In this document: positions 51,301-64,000 of the stretch, in pieces
Layout: each line of letters opens with the position of its first letter
Position numbering within the stretch: the first letter of the stretch is position 1
IMG/VR virus record: IMGVR_UViG_3300031992_000037
DNA length: 64,000 nt
DNA from: an uncultured virus (IMG/VR IMGVR_UViG_3300031992_000037)
Lineage: Duplodnaviria > Heunggongvirae > Uroviricota > Caudoviricetes
Direction: 5' to 3' (one strand)
Position numbers and translations under genes: made by a program
The notes under the pieces: model-generated
The model's input: only the letters and a program-made list of their open reading frames with translations
What the model was told of the DNA's origin: nothing
Databases searched by the model: none

Positions 51301-52790
51301 TCAGAAGCTGTTGTATTGCTACCTTCTGCATGTGAACAATCACCTGATGCTATTGTGCTTGCTCCTTCAGCATGTGAATAGTTACCTGAAGCTGTAGTAC
51401 TTTCACCTTCTGCATGTGAAGGACTACCTGATGCTGTTGTACCGTTACCTTCTGCATGAGAATCATTACCCGATGCTGTCGTTTCTTCTCCTTCTGCATG
51501 TGAATAGTAACCTGATGCTGTTGTAGTTTTTCCTTCTGCATGAGAACAGTAACCTGATGCTGTCGTTTCTTCTCCTTCTGCGTGTGAGTAGTCCTCTGAT
51601 GCTGTTGTGTTGTAACCTTCCGCGTGAGAATCATTACCTGAAGCTGTAGTACTTTCACCTTCTGCATGTGAATAGTTACCTGATGCTGTTGTACCGTAAC
51701 CTTCTGCGTGTGAACTTTCACCAGATGCTGTCGTTTCTTCTCCTTCTGCATGTGAAGCGTCACCTTTTGATCCACATACACGTTTCCAATAATAGGTCAC
51801 TCCATCAGTTAATGAACCAGTATCAATATTGAAATAATCTCCATCATAATTACTTGTATAATAATAGCGACATATAGTGATTTTAGAAACTAGTTGAGTG
51901 CATTCACTATCGCTATAAATCCAGCCTTGAGACCCATAACCGTCATCTATATTATCACTATGATCACAATACGTAAAAGTAATTCCGGTTTTAGCTTTAA
52001 TTTTGTTTTGTTCTTCCGTTCCGATAACAGAACATACAAAGGATACGATTTCGTCTGAAATTAATCCTTGTCCTTCTGCATGTGAATAGTTACCTGAAGC
52101 TGTCGTATTATATCCTTCTGCTACAGCACTTAGTCCCGTAGCCGTGTTAAAGAGTTCTTGTCCACCGTCTTCTTCATTCTGTCTATATTCGGTTGCAAAT
52201 GAACCAGTCGTACTATCATATATATACCCTTTAGCAGAAATCTCAGTAGTTCCATCCTAATTGTCTGTAATAGTTATATTATTACCAGTAACTAGATTAT
52301 GTGACACTTCATTATCTTCAATCTAAATACCTTGGCCAGATGTATAAGGTGCCCCAGCATTAACTGCAGATATTGTAAATCGTGGATTATCAGTAGATTG
52401 TGTACCCTCAACTGGAGTTATCTTAATATTTTCTCCAACTTCATAAGTTGTATCCTTAGCATTAAGGAAATTATTAGAATCTACCCTTAGATTATTATTA
52501 ACATTAATTGCGATGAATTTTTCAAATTCATACTAAGTGTCCTAAACATCTATACCTGTTCCTCCAATATAATTAGTTTGAAACTCTCCTAATCCATAAA
52601 TCTTTCCCCGGGCCCAAATAACTTTTAAACCGTCCACATAATTTTGACCAAATGCTCTATCGTTCTAACAGGTTATAAATGCGATACTATTTTCATCAAT
52701 GATGTTAGTATCCTTAATATTTTGGATACTAACATCATTATTATTAAAAATAGTATGTAATCCTATTATATTACAAAATTTCTTTGCCAT
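48333..52790 (-). CDS. Tail fibre with SHAEG (YadA-head-like) repeats and a CLec-like domain (~1485 aa)
   Basis: ATG 52790, TAA 48333; ORFs 48453-48785, 50064-50882 and 51066-51800 are in frame; three SHAEG arrays; EYVDLDLPSGNLWATCNIGA...GCSIRPV domain. Confidence 0.85.
51066..51765 (-). repeat. 17 tandem 42-bp coding repeats (xxxSHAEGxxTTAS)
   Basis: Directly visible; more diverged arrays at ~50900-51050, ~49830-50530 and ~49230-49420. Confidence 0.9.
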
Positions 52791-52802
52791 AATTAATCAT
52801 TT

Positions 52803-55800
52803 TTAGATAAGAACCCCGTCATATCTCACATGCCATGAGGCACTGCTTGTATTTCCAAAAATCAATATTGGCTATGAACCATTGATAATAATATCTGCTT
52901 TTAACAAATTCTACCATGTAGCCGGAGTTCCCTGATAATAAATGGTAGTTTTATCATCAGAGCCTGTTTTTGTATAAATTGCACTATCTCTAATCTATTT
53001 TAAATTTGGACCTAAATATAACTCATAATTAATTCCATTAATTCCATTAAGGGAAGTATATCTATATAGATCCTCAATATTTTGGAATTTAATACTTGTC
53101 AATTGTGGACAATTATTAAGACAATCTTCAAAATTGTATTTACATCCAACCTCCACAGATGTTAACTGCTAGCAATTTTCAAATACTCGAGCAGATAAAA
53201 CATCAACATTATTAAAACCACCTACAGAAGTAATCTATGTTCCAGAAAATGCCTAATCATCTACAAATCTAACAGAATCTGGAATATTTAAATCTCCACC
53301 TAGTCCAGAATTTTTAAATGCACAAAATCCAATGCTCTCAATAGTACTGAAATTTGAATCATTAAAATTCTATAAGGTGCTGTTATTAAATGTAAATGGT
53401 GGGATTTTATTTAATCCCCACTTAATCTCTGTTAAATTTCTGCAATTCTAAAAACATCCAGCTCCAATATCTAAAACATATTCATCAAAGCCATAAACAT
53501 CAGATATTGCAGAATTATATAATACATAATTTCCAAGTGTTACTGGTGCTATAATTGTACAACTCTATAATAATGATCTTTCTGCCAAAGCATAATCAGC
53601 AACATTATCAACATCATATCCAATTATAACACGCCGGGCTTGAATTGGAATCTACCCCTTTTCTAGAGTCCTGTTCTAAATATCAACAGAAATCCACCCA
53701 TTACCATTATAATATTGTGTTGGATATGAAAATTTAGGAACAAATGTCGTATCCTACAATATAGGCTCAGAAATATCAGGTGACCAACCTAAAAACTTAT
53801 ATCCACCGCCATATGTAGAAGCTGGTGTGGGCTATTGTCCTGTATATATTACATTTCTATTATAAAGAACCTGTTTTATTTCTATTGGAGAACCTCCTCC
53901 ATTTAAAAAGGTAACGGTTCTTTTCCAATTGGTTGGAATATGTGAATCATCAAATATCCACTAAAGTTCTGAATTAGTAAAATCTCCTTCAGTAGTTTCT
54001 ACTCCTTTTACCCAATCTGTAAATGTTCCCCAAGTTCTAAATCCGACAGATAATTTATTTAATCTAGAGCATCCAGAAAACATTTCAGTTAATGCATCGT
54101 CAGAAGCAGTAGTTGCTAAAATGGTAGCTTGTGAGAGCCGCTTATTATTTTTAAACATCTGGACATAAGCACCAGTAGGAATATTTGTTGCTGGAAGGAT
54201 TACCTCAGATGTTAAGAATAATGATGAACCACTAAAAGTTTCCCTATAACAATCCTAAGTTAAAGTTGTTGCAGGAAGTATTACTGATCCAAAAATATGC
54301 TCATCTTTAAAGAGCCCCTAAAATGCACCTTTATGAAATATTATTGTTGCATCTGGATTCTATCCCTATAAACTCATAATAGAACCCTCAACACCCATAA
54401 GTGTAAAACTACCAGTCGCAATCGGTTTAAAGTGTATATTAGGATAATCTGAGTAAATTTTTCCAGATACCTCTATATAATTAGAGACTGCTATCTTTGA
54501 CCCAGATGTAAATACTTGCCAATCATTTTCAGAAGTAGTTCTATAAAAGATTGTTGCGCGACTCTCATCATAGGTACATTGTATATATATATTTCCCTGA
54601 TTTCCATCCTTATAAAATTTTAAGAATGAATATTGTGGTTCTGGAATATCTTCTATAGGAGTCTTTGTATATATAGCTTTATATATAATATCCTGAGTTA
54701 CATAGGGATTAAATGATGGAGACCAACCACTAAAAACATAAGAATTCTAAGAATCATTAGGTCTGGTGGGATTAGCCGGAGCTGTTACATTTGTGCCAAA
54801 ATCATACGAACCAGTTTGAATAGATGAATTATCCCAATCTACAAAGGTTACTCTATATTGTTTAGATACTTTTGAAAACTATGCTGTATATACATAATCC
54901 TAATTATTTACAACATCAATTTTCTTATCCCAACCACTGAACGTGTATTCATATTGTGAATCCGGAACATGTGTTGGAGTTTTCCCCTTATACACGGGTA
55001 GATTCCCGTTATCATAATAAGAACTCTTTAGAACAGTTCCATCATAATTTTTAAAGGTAACTTTCCAACGATCTGTATTATACTGAGCCTCATATACTGC
55101 ATCTCTATATGCTGGAACGATAGCTGGAAACCACTCTAGCAGTTCATAGCCTGGAATATCATGTCCAGAAGGTGGTATTGGAAGCGTTCCGTCCCCAACT
55201 TCTATTGTTACTTCGTCTAAAGGACTAAATTTAAAAGTAATCTAATGACCCTAAGAATACCAATCATCGGAAGTAGAAACACCTGTATAGTCAACTGTGT
55301 TGTCTGGGATAATATCTATAGAATTATCAGCTGAAGATATAGACATTTGGCAATCACATCCACCACCACTACTAGAACCAGTTCCACAGCACGCTATATT
55401 AGTTACAGCCGAACCATCTGAATAAAATAATTTATTCGTAATGGAATTATGCATTAAATGGCTACCAGTAAAGATATCTAATGGTTTGGTGTTAGTTAGT
55501 TCCCATGACTCTGTATCCTTATTATATCTATATTCTTCATTACTTGGAAATTTCCAAATTGGGCTGTCCTAATCTTTAATTATTTTAAAAACTCCACCAG
55601 GTGTTGAATCCGATAATAGTGCAAATCCAGTATTCGAACTAGAAAAGAGATCAAAGGCCTCTTTTACAAGATTATTATTAGAGAAATCTTTTATATGGAC
55701 CTAACCTTGTAGGTCTATATAAGACACTTTATAATCTTTAAAGTTAATTATGACCGGTCGATCTTCATTAATTCTTATATTAACGTCTGAAGAATTAGTA

Positions 55801-57254
55801 TCATGTACGTCAGAAAATGCTAATCTAAGAGAATTCTATTCTTTTATTATATGTACCTAAATTGATGAGCCGTTATTCACATTATAATTATCATAAGATT
55901 CATCAAATGGAACTATCTTTAAGCCATCTTCCTAAGTAATTAATGTTCCGCCTAGATAATATTTATCAGAGTCTGGATAGGTTTCCTAATCATTTTTCGC
56001 CCAAGCAATTGGAATAACATCGCAATTACGTGAATCTACTTCAAAAGTTGGTTCATTCTGGATTCCATCAAATTTTACTGCTGATTTATAATATCCGGCA
56101 CCACTCTCAAAATTATATTTAGTGCCATCATATATAGCACCTCCGCAAGCTGCAAAAATATTAAAAGGTTTATCAAATTTTAAAACAGTAACACCAACTG
56201 TTTGATCCCCCCATCCAAATGGATATGGGAAACGAGTCTCCTTGCGATAATTATTCATCTAAACGGCCAACATATATAGAGTATTTTCATCCTCATATAC
56301 TATTGGACATATCATTAGAGCATCAGTCCTGGACGATTGATTAGCCTCCTATATAACTCCCGCACTTATAATTATATCCAAATCACCAAACTGATTTGGT
56401 TCAGATTTAAAAAATGTTGAGGTAGCTGTATTTGCAAGCTGCTCTATATAAGAATAATCTCCACCATCTGGACACGTAGTTTCAGAATTACTTAATTCTA
56501 ACTGCTTTGTCTCTTGATTATATGTTAATGTGGAATTTAAATTCGTTTTAGTTTTAGTCTAAGCATTATAGTATGCCCATGTAGTAAATCCTGTTCCAAC
56601 ATTCTCGGCTTCCCAAGTAGATTCACCTGCAAAGTGCGAGATGTCTGGATTTAAGGGCGTATTAAATTCAGAATTTTTTGCCACAAATGCCTAACTAATT
56701 TCTCCACCATAACTTCCGCCATTTTTAGGTATGGTGGGTTTCAAACTTCCCAATTCATCATCATAGGCCCATAAAACATGAGGTGTCCAAGTATTTACAA
56801 TACTAGAAATAGTGAATGGAGTTGATAATTTTTCTTTTACTAATTCAAAGTCTGCATCATTATCTACAACATAAGCCCCGGTAAGCATTAAGTAATCAGC
56901 TACTAAATCATCTCCATTAAAATATATAAGCTTATGCTTCTCAGTTGGAATACTATTGGTAGTTAATGAAATTATTTTTATATTTCCGTAAGAATCAGTA
57001 ATATGTAAATCATCCCCAATTCTATCAAAGTTATAAGTAGTATTTGTATCCTAATTATTACAATTAAAAATCTGCCCCTATGTCCAAATATATTTTCCTA
57101 AAGCTGGATCATCAATAAAAAGAACCACATCGTGATCTAATCCAGTTTTTGGGTCTATGTCTGAAAGATTGTACGGAATTGGCGAGTTGTTTACATTAGC
57201 TGTAAACACACTCGCAAATCCGTCAGTATATGCAAACTTTACTTTATTATTCAT
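52803..57254 (-). CDS. Fibre/adhesin-like protein with InlB B-repeat-like domains and C-terminal LRR-like region (~1483 aa)
   Basis: ATG 57254, TAA 52803; WKVTFKNYDGTVL...YTFSGWD...YTAQF and YRVTFVDWD...YVFSGWSP repeats; LPATTLT and IPDSVRFVDDQAF segments. Confidence 0.75.
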
Positions 57255-58453
57255 GATAATGATTTATAAGCCACAAATTTACCATTAGTGACTGAAATTG
57301 TTTCAACTTCTGCACATTCAGTAACCGTAACAAGTGCTAATTTAATATCGGACTCAGTGTTTGTATAAGTCTATATATGTTCATTAACATTAACAGTGGC
57401 TGTGTCGCCAGGCTTTACTAAAATTGCTACTAATATATCTCCAGAGTTCCTGGGTGTATTATCTGTAAACCAGCCTTGAGGAACTTCAATTGTATAGTGA
57501 TGATACCAATAATATGTTCCGCTAATATCACTAGTATTAATCCAATCCTTTTTAGTGACGATTCCGGTCAGTTCATCTAGACCATAAGCCACACAATATT
57601 CATTATTCTAGTCAAGGTTGAGGGGAGCTGTTCGATTCACTGTTTTAGTAATTTCAAATGATTTAGATCCATTCAACATATTCCATACTAAATCATTATC
57701 TTCACTAAATATTACCCATTGATAGTTATCATTATCATCATGAACACAGATGTATGATTTAGACCCATCAATCATTTTGAACATAAATCCATCAGTTGCT
57801 GCTGATGCATCATAGGCTGTATAAACACCATCTTTTACACCTATAAGTCTGGTTTCCATATCGTCTAGGAAGCCAATTGTTTCACCTTTATAAACAAACC
57901 CAAGGTCATAATTATTTACATTATTAACAACCGTTCCTGTGCCAGATCCTGAAACTTCAACCCAAATACCATACACCACTTTATAGGTTCCATCAATTGG
58001 AACATAGCCATCATCAAAACTAGTTCCATTAAATGTGTGTGTAGTTAATGTTCCATCAACCCATTCTTCACCACTATTCGGAGTTTGTGCCTAAATTGAA
58101 CTTGGCCGGAGAATATTTCCAGAATGAGCTTTATAATAATATTTCTTTTGGGAGTCTGCGTTAATAGCTGAAATAACAGAGTATAAAGCTTTCCTCTTCA
58201 ACATGTATAGCTTATTTGTATCCTTTACAGCGACTACCATACCTTCATATAAGGGGATACTGACATCAACATAATTTCCAGTGAAACTCTAATCATATGG
58301 TTTCTATCCAACGTTATCTATTAAGAAAGTTCCATAGTTTTCGAATAAATCAGACTCATGATCAACTAAAACTCTATTATCTACAGGAACACCTGAAGTT
58401 GGATATATTATATTCGGAGTAGCAATTCCTGGATTTTTATTATATTTAAACAT
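57251..58453 (-). CDS. Putative tail/fibre-associated structural protein (400 aa)
   Basis: ATG 58453, TGA 57251; N-terminal PVDNRV...YEGMVVAVKD domain. Confidence 0.65.
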
Positions 58454-58464
58454 AATTATAAAAA

Positions 58465-60114
58465 TTAAAAGTTAAATTTTAAAACTCTTGGTCCGTCTTC
58501 AAATTTAAATGGGATTGTGTAAATATTATAATCTCCATCAGATGCTGAACTTATATCAGCACGTAATTGATCTGATGTTATATTTTTGTAAACCCTATTA
58601 AAATCATCATAATATTGAATATTACTCAAACCAAAAGAAATACTATTATGTAATCTAATTTTTCTATCTGTTCCTGCAGTCATTCCACCAAAACCAACGT
58701 TAAACGATTTTAAATTGCCATTGGTGTGTGTTATATTTAATGAAATTTCAGACAATGTGTTAGAGGTAACCCCACCATTATTAGTATCACCCTATCCAGG
58801 TTTACCGTTGGTTGATACAGGATAGCATCCATATACTGTAAATGTTTTAGTATCAGAATTGTGCGAATTTCCAACAATTTCAACCTATCCAATCTATGAA
58901 TTAATACCTATTATAGTTTCGTCGCCATGTGCTTTAGTAGTGTCATTTTCTGGAAAATATGCAAATTTCAAAGAGTCATCCCCACCAGTATCAGAATCTT
59001 GAGAGAGACTCCATTGAAGTGTTCCATTTTTATATACAACATAAACTGGTACTGGATTGGGGTCATCTAATTGTATATAACGTCCCGTTAGTGTAAAACT
59101 AGCACTATTTATACCAGGTGTTATCTCTAAACCATTATAACTCTTGGTATAGGTTGTTGCTGGATCAAAAGTATAACTATTGTATCCACTAATATTCTTT
59201 CCGATAATCTTATAATCTGTTATCTGGCTTTGTTTAGAAACCTGGATTTTCGATAGTGAATAATTTATAGAATTTGGGTTGATCTGCTCAGTCCCTAAAA
59301 TATCTTCCCAATGAGGACCACCTACCAAATAATTCAGTTCATGAACTGAACCACTATCAACACTTGCTGTTTGATTTCCATTAGAATCAGCAACTGTAAT
59401 TGATATAACTGTTCCAACAGGAACCTAAGCTCCATCATAAACTGTTGAAGAAACACTCAAATTAACCTATGGATTTGATATGCTAATAGGGGTAATATTA
59501 GGAGTGCCTAAAGATGGAACTGGGATTGCTTGATTCATATATCGTCTAGTGAAGATATCATAGAAGACTTCATCGACACTCTTACCAGCTGATTTATATA
59601 CACCACCATCCAACTGATCTTCTGTCCATCCACCTTTATCCCACGCTGCTGCTACAGTATTAGTGTTAAGTTTAAAATTAACATCAAAATAAGTGTTTGC
59701 AGTACTATGTTTTAGAGTTACCCAGTTATTATTATGATAAACATAAACTACGGTGAGTGCGTTTAGGTTTCTTAAATGATCGTTTGTAGGATATTCAGAA
59801 ACAACCTTGGATGAGTTTGTTGTGTCAAAATTTGAAGTTTCATAATTTTCATGTACAGCATTTAAAACTTCTATATAAATATCCCCCTCCTATAATCCTG
59901 GAATATTACTCTTATCTGGATGCTCATCAGACCAATAAATATTTGCGCCGCCTGAGCCAAGTGTATACTCCATTCCATTGGCCCAAATTCTCTTATCATT
60001 TCCATTTGCATAGAAAATCAAATAACCATGAGAAGTATCTGTAGTATTTTGCGCTTTTAAGGCCTCATAGTCCTAACTATTATCGGCCTAATAAAATTTT
60101 ACTTTTTCTGCCAT
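58465..60114 (-). CDS. Putative fibre/structural protein, Ser/Thr/Asn-rich (549 aa)
   Basis: ATG 60114, TAA 58465; joins 58465-58755 and 58894-59328. Confidence 0.65.
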
Positions 60115-60118
60115 ATTA

Positions 60119-60811
60119 TTACTTTGTTTTATATTTATTCCAACTTAAACTATTATCAATATATCTTTTTATACTTCCAGTACTAGCGAAAGTTTTTTGC
60201 TCACCTGGCTAACCTTTTGCTCCAACATCCCGTTCAATGTCTCCGGTCCTGTCTATAACAGGCACATCTGGTAAATCTTCATTCGGGAATGTTAATTGAA
60301 GCCAGGTTCCATATTTAATATCTGTTATCTAATTAATAAGCCTCCGTTCGCCGTACTGACTACCATCAGAATTATATACAACTTTGTAAATCTGGTAATT
60401 ATCCGATTCATCTAGTTCATATATAAACGAAACAAATCGGTTATTAAATTCATAGCAGTATTTAATTCTTCCACTTTTTAATTTATTTGTTGGGTAGCCT
60501 AACATATCTAAGACTCCATAAGCGCATTTAACTGGATATGTTATAATTTCTTCCCCGCCATCTGCAAAAATCAATTTAGCTGATAGGTCTGTAGAAAGTT
60601 GAGCAAAAAGTTTAGGATCAGAGTCTTTTACTAGAACGACCATTCCAGAGTATCCAGAAAATGCCCCATCAATATAAAAAGTTTGGGGATTTTCTAAATC
60701 TTCCACATTAGCAACTACAACTCGGTTATCTAATGGAAAAGACCCGCTTGGAATCAACATCTAAGCCTATTTTGACCAAATTGATGAATTATCGGTATTA
60801 TATATTAACAT
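60119..60811 (-). CDS. Putative tail/fibre-associated protein (230 aa), N-terminus paralogous to 57251-58453
   Basis: ATG 60811, TAA 60119; PLDNRV...YSGMVVLVKD. Confidence 0.65.
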
Positions 60812-63800
60812 CTTTTGTAAGTTTATATTTTATTACTTGTGGAGAAGCACTTCCAGACACCTCAAGTGTAAATATTGATGAGTTCTAATCAACTGAATCA
60901 TCGGTTTGAAGAGCTGTGGTCCATTCATCTTGAAATTTCTAAGGTTGACTTAAAAATATAACATACTGTAATGAATAACCCTTGGGGAATTTTAATTGAT
61001 AATCCTAGGCCGCGTGCCTTACTATAAAAATTACTTCACCATTACTATTAACTGGAAAATTGTGTATATACTATGGATCAGTAGTAGCATCAACGTCAAA
61101 ATCTATATCTTTAATTATCCTATTTTCATTTAATATTGCCTAATAGTAGGATCCATCGGCATTAATACTATATGGGTTACTAGTATCTTCTTTTGGAGTA
61201 AACCATCCAGAAGCTGCAACTGTTACAGACTATGATACTTTAAGTTTAGTTGATACTGAACAGCCTTTAAGTTGAGTGATTCCCTAAACAGTAATTGGGA
61301 ACTCAACTCCATTGTCCTCATCTATTAAATCCCAACTATCTACAGGATAGGCTATATAACGTTCCTCCCCATTAAATCTATCACTAAAATTAATTTTACC
61401 TTCTTTAAGTAATTGTAAATTTTTATCAGTAATTATTGAACCATTATATTCCTACCCATAGATACTACATTTACAGGTTATAGTTACATCTTCAGTAAGT
61501 TGATATTGTTCTGAATTAGATATCTATTCACCATTAGCAAAATAAGTATATTCTGGAAGTAAGACCTTTATATCACTACACTATTCCCATCCATTATTAG
61601 TAACTTCGGCTTTATCACTATCAATATAATCCCAGTCATCCATAGGTTCCCACGTACTAAGATCAGTTAACTTAAAAGTTTCTCCCCCAATTCTATAATT
61701 CTTCTAAGTGCCTTCTATCAGATTGATCTTTTGATATATTATATCTGTTTGTGGAAAATCTTTATTATTAAATAAATTCTACAAATTCACAATTCCTGAA
61801 TTCATATTATATTCAGATTCGCAATATACATTTTCTGAATAAGATTCATCTGAAAATTCAACGGAAACATTTGGTAATTCTTCAATTGATATATTATAAG
61901 TAATTTTAGGAGAATATTGAGAGAATATGCATGTTATACTTGTATCCTATCTTAAATTATTAATTGTGTATCCAGTTCTATAGAATATCTCATCAATAAA
62001 TTCCTATCTCTACCAATCAGACGGGCAATAAAGTAAAGCCTCCTCAGGTTCCAATGTTGTAATTGCGACAGGATGATATTCTCCCCACTAATTAAGTGTT
62101 ATTGTATAAGTTCCGCCATAAGGAAGTGAGAAATATTGTTTATTAAGATCATTATTAATATCCCACTTTAAATCTGGATAATCTGAATCTACAACTTTAA
62201 TTGCATCTGCTGGTATACCTTTATTGCTTTCTTCTGCATCTTTAATTAAGTAAAAAGTTATTTTAATTAACTTCTTATTAAAAATAAGATATATTGTTGG
62301 ATTCTTATCATATATTGTGACAGAAGCACCATCACGTATTAAGCCAGTCTAACTTCCATAATTTTCAAACACCCATCCATCACGTCTTGAAATTTTATAA
62401 GATGTTAAATCTATAGGTACTCCATATGGTATATCTGGTACAGATATTGAAACTTGATCTGAGCCATATTGTTGATATATAGTTAATGCATATTTTATAG
62501 TTTCAAAATATATATTAACAGTAGTGTCTCCAAGCAATTCCACTGAGTCTAAAACGGATTTATCAGTAGACCTTGGACCATCATTAATCTATACGGAATC
62601 GAATCTTAATTTTAAACCACCTGCGTGATCATCCCAAGTAATGCTACCAATGCCACCCTAAACCATACGTCCATTATAGGTAGCACTAACATCATTATTT
62701 GAGTCTTCTTTGTTATCAATATAGCATTTTATAGTAAGTGTTACGGAGTTTTGGTCAGATTCTACTACAATTGTATGATCTTCTTCAATTTTAAAGGTGT
62801 ATAAATAAGTAGAGCTATCAACCATAGTATAATTATTTTCATTTACAGAATCCTAATTATCCACAAAACTAGAAATGCCGTATCCAGAGCGTGGTCTAAA
62901 GTAACATTTAACTTCCTCTAAGTACTAATAAGTAGACCCTAAAGCTAGATCTGTGATTATAAAATCCTCACCAGAAAATGACAGCTCAGTATTTATTCCA
63001 GAGAATGTTACCTAATATTCCTCAGGTGTTACAATGGCATATACAGTTATATCAGAATTTATATTAGAAATTGTAAAAGAATCATATGTACTTCCTCCAT
63101 ATCCCCACTTTTTAAAATTAAAATGAGGATCTATATTTAAATTCTATATAAAAGATGAATCTATAGTAATTTCATTCTTTGATATACCTGTAGTATAAGG
63201 TTCGCCATAGAGAACCGCGCCTTTATATTTAGATTCATAATCTTCACCAACAACTTCTACTGTAAGAGTGTATGTTTTTGGTTTTTCTTCTTGTGGTATT
63301 CTTACAACCAACCGCCCATCTTTAGTAATCTCTACTCCATAATATTCACCAGAAGCAGATTTGATATAAGATTTATCTGTCTCCCCACAAACTTTTGCAA
63401 GCCCAAGATTATTAGAATTGGCTTTTGGAACTGTAACACTATCTACGGTACTACTTTTATTGGATTGCAGATTTATTTTAAATCCATCATTTAAAGACTC
63501 TTCTGATAAATCATATGTTGGGGCTTCTTTCTACTCGGGAATTGTTATAAATGCACCTTTTCGAATACCGCCCAGAGATAAGTAATACTATCTAGTATCT
63601 TTTTTTTGTTCTATGGTATAATCCTAATCCGAACCTGAATTACCTATATAAAATGATTTTGAATATTTGTCTTTAGTAATGGTTAATCTTTTAAGTGTAC
63701 TTCCATCCTCTAAAGATTCGGCATCAACATCTAAAGGCCAAGCAATTGCATCTACTACTGTATCACCTCTTTTAAGAACTATCCCATTTTTAATACCAAC

Positions 63801-64000
63801 ACTCTTATCAAGGTCTGCTGTATAATTACCGTCCGCATCAACTGAAAAAGGTTGCTCTTTTAAATGATACTCTGGTATATAAAACTCCCCAACATTAACT
63901 TCATCTTTGAGTAATGTTACATGGGTGTTATTTTCATCTGATGTTACGTCTAAAGTGTAATTTGGAATATTCTATACCTCAGGTAATGGGATTTCAACTT
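60798..64000 (-). CDS. Large fibre/adhesin-like protein with tandem beta-sandwich (InlB-B/Ig-like) repeats, 5' end beyond the window
   Basis: Frame of ORF 62349-62543 is open under code 15 at the window edge and ends at TAA 60798; units such as KTYTLTVEVV...FNFKKWG...FTISNINSDITVYAI. Confidence 0.65.

Noticed and set aside
51066..51765. CRISPR array or DGR variable region
   Set aside because: The period is 42 bp in frame with no unique spacers and no cas genes. CAT/CAC variation is not adenine-specific, and no reverse transcriptase or template repeat was seen.
50189..51781. Alternative-frame minus ORFs with MQKVTVQQH-type repeats
   Set aside because: These are frame-shifted readings of the SHAEG repeat array.
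3397..63494. Plus-strand ORFs in the track (e.g. 11315-11668, 41124-41546, 45617-45979, 46730-47110)
   Set aside because: They are antisense shadows of long minus-strand genes with no recognisable protein features.
1..64000. Suppressor tRNA, introns, inteins, portal or terminase genes
   Set aside because: Intergenic gaps are short and AT-rich with no cloverleaf, and I recognised no such motifs. They may lie outside the window.

Overview
This window is the virion (late) gene block of a crAss-like phage (Crassvirales, Bacteroidota host inferred) that reads TAG as glutamine (genetic code 15). The fragmented ORF track is an artefact of that recoding. With TAG read through, the window resolves into about 31 tightly packed minus-strand genes that end in TAA or TGA, several with ATGA overlaps. 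In transcription order (right to left): a cluster of fibre/receptor-binding genes (InlB-B-like, SHAEG beta-roll, CLec-like and BspA LRR domains); a PLOD-type glycosyltransferase and a UDP-sugar dehydrogenase flanking the LRR gene; small membrane and HTH genes; scaffold-like gene; major capsid protein; auxiliary capsid and ring proteins; two large tail proteins; several cargo/ejection proteins; a ~2800-aa protein with an SF1 helicase domain; and a >3100-aa virion RNA polymerase that runs off the left edge. I saw no tRNA, portal, terminase or reverse transcriptase. Gene ends were traced by hand, but the interiors of the longest genes were only spot-checked for TAA/TGA. Structural assignments rest on synteny and remembered family motifs, not database searches.
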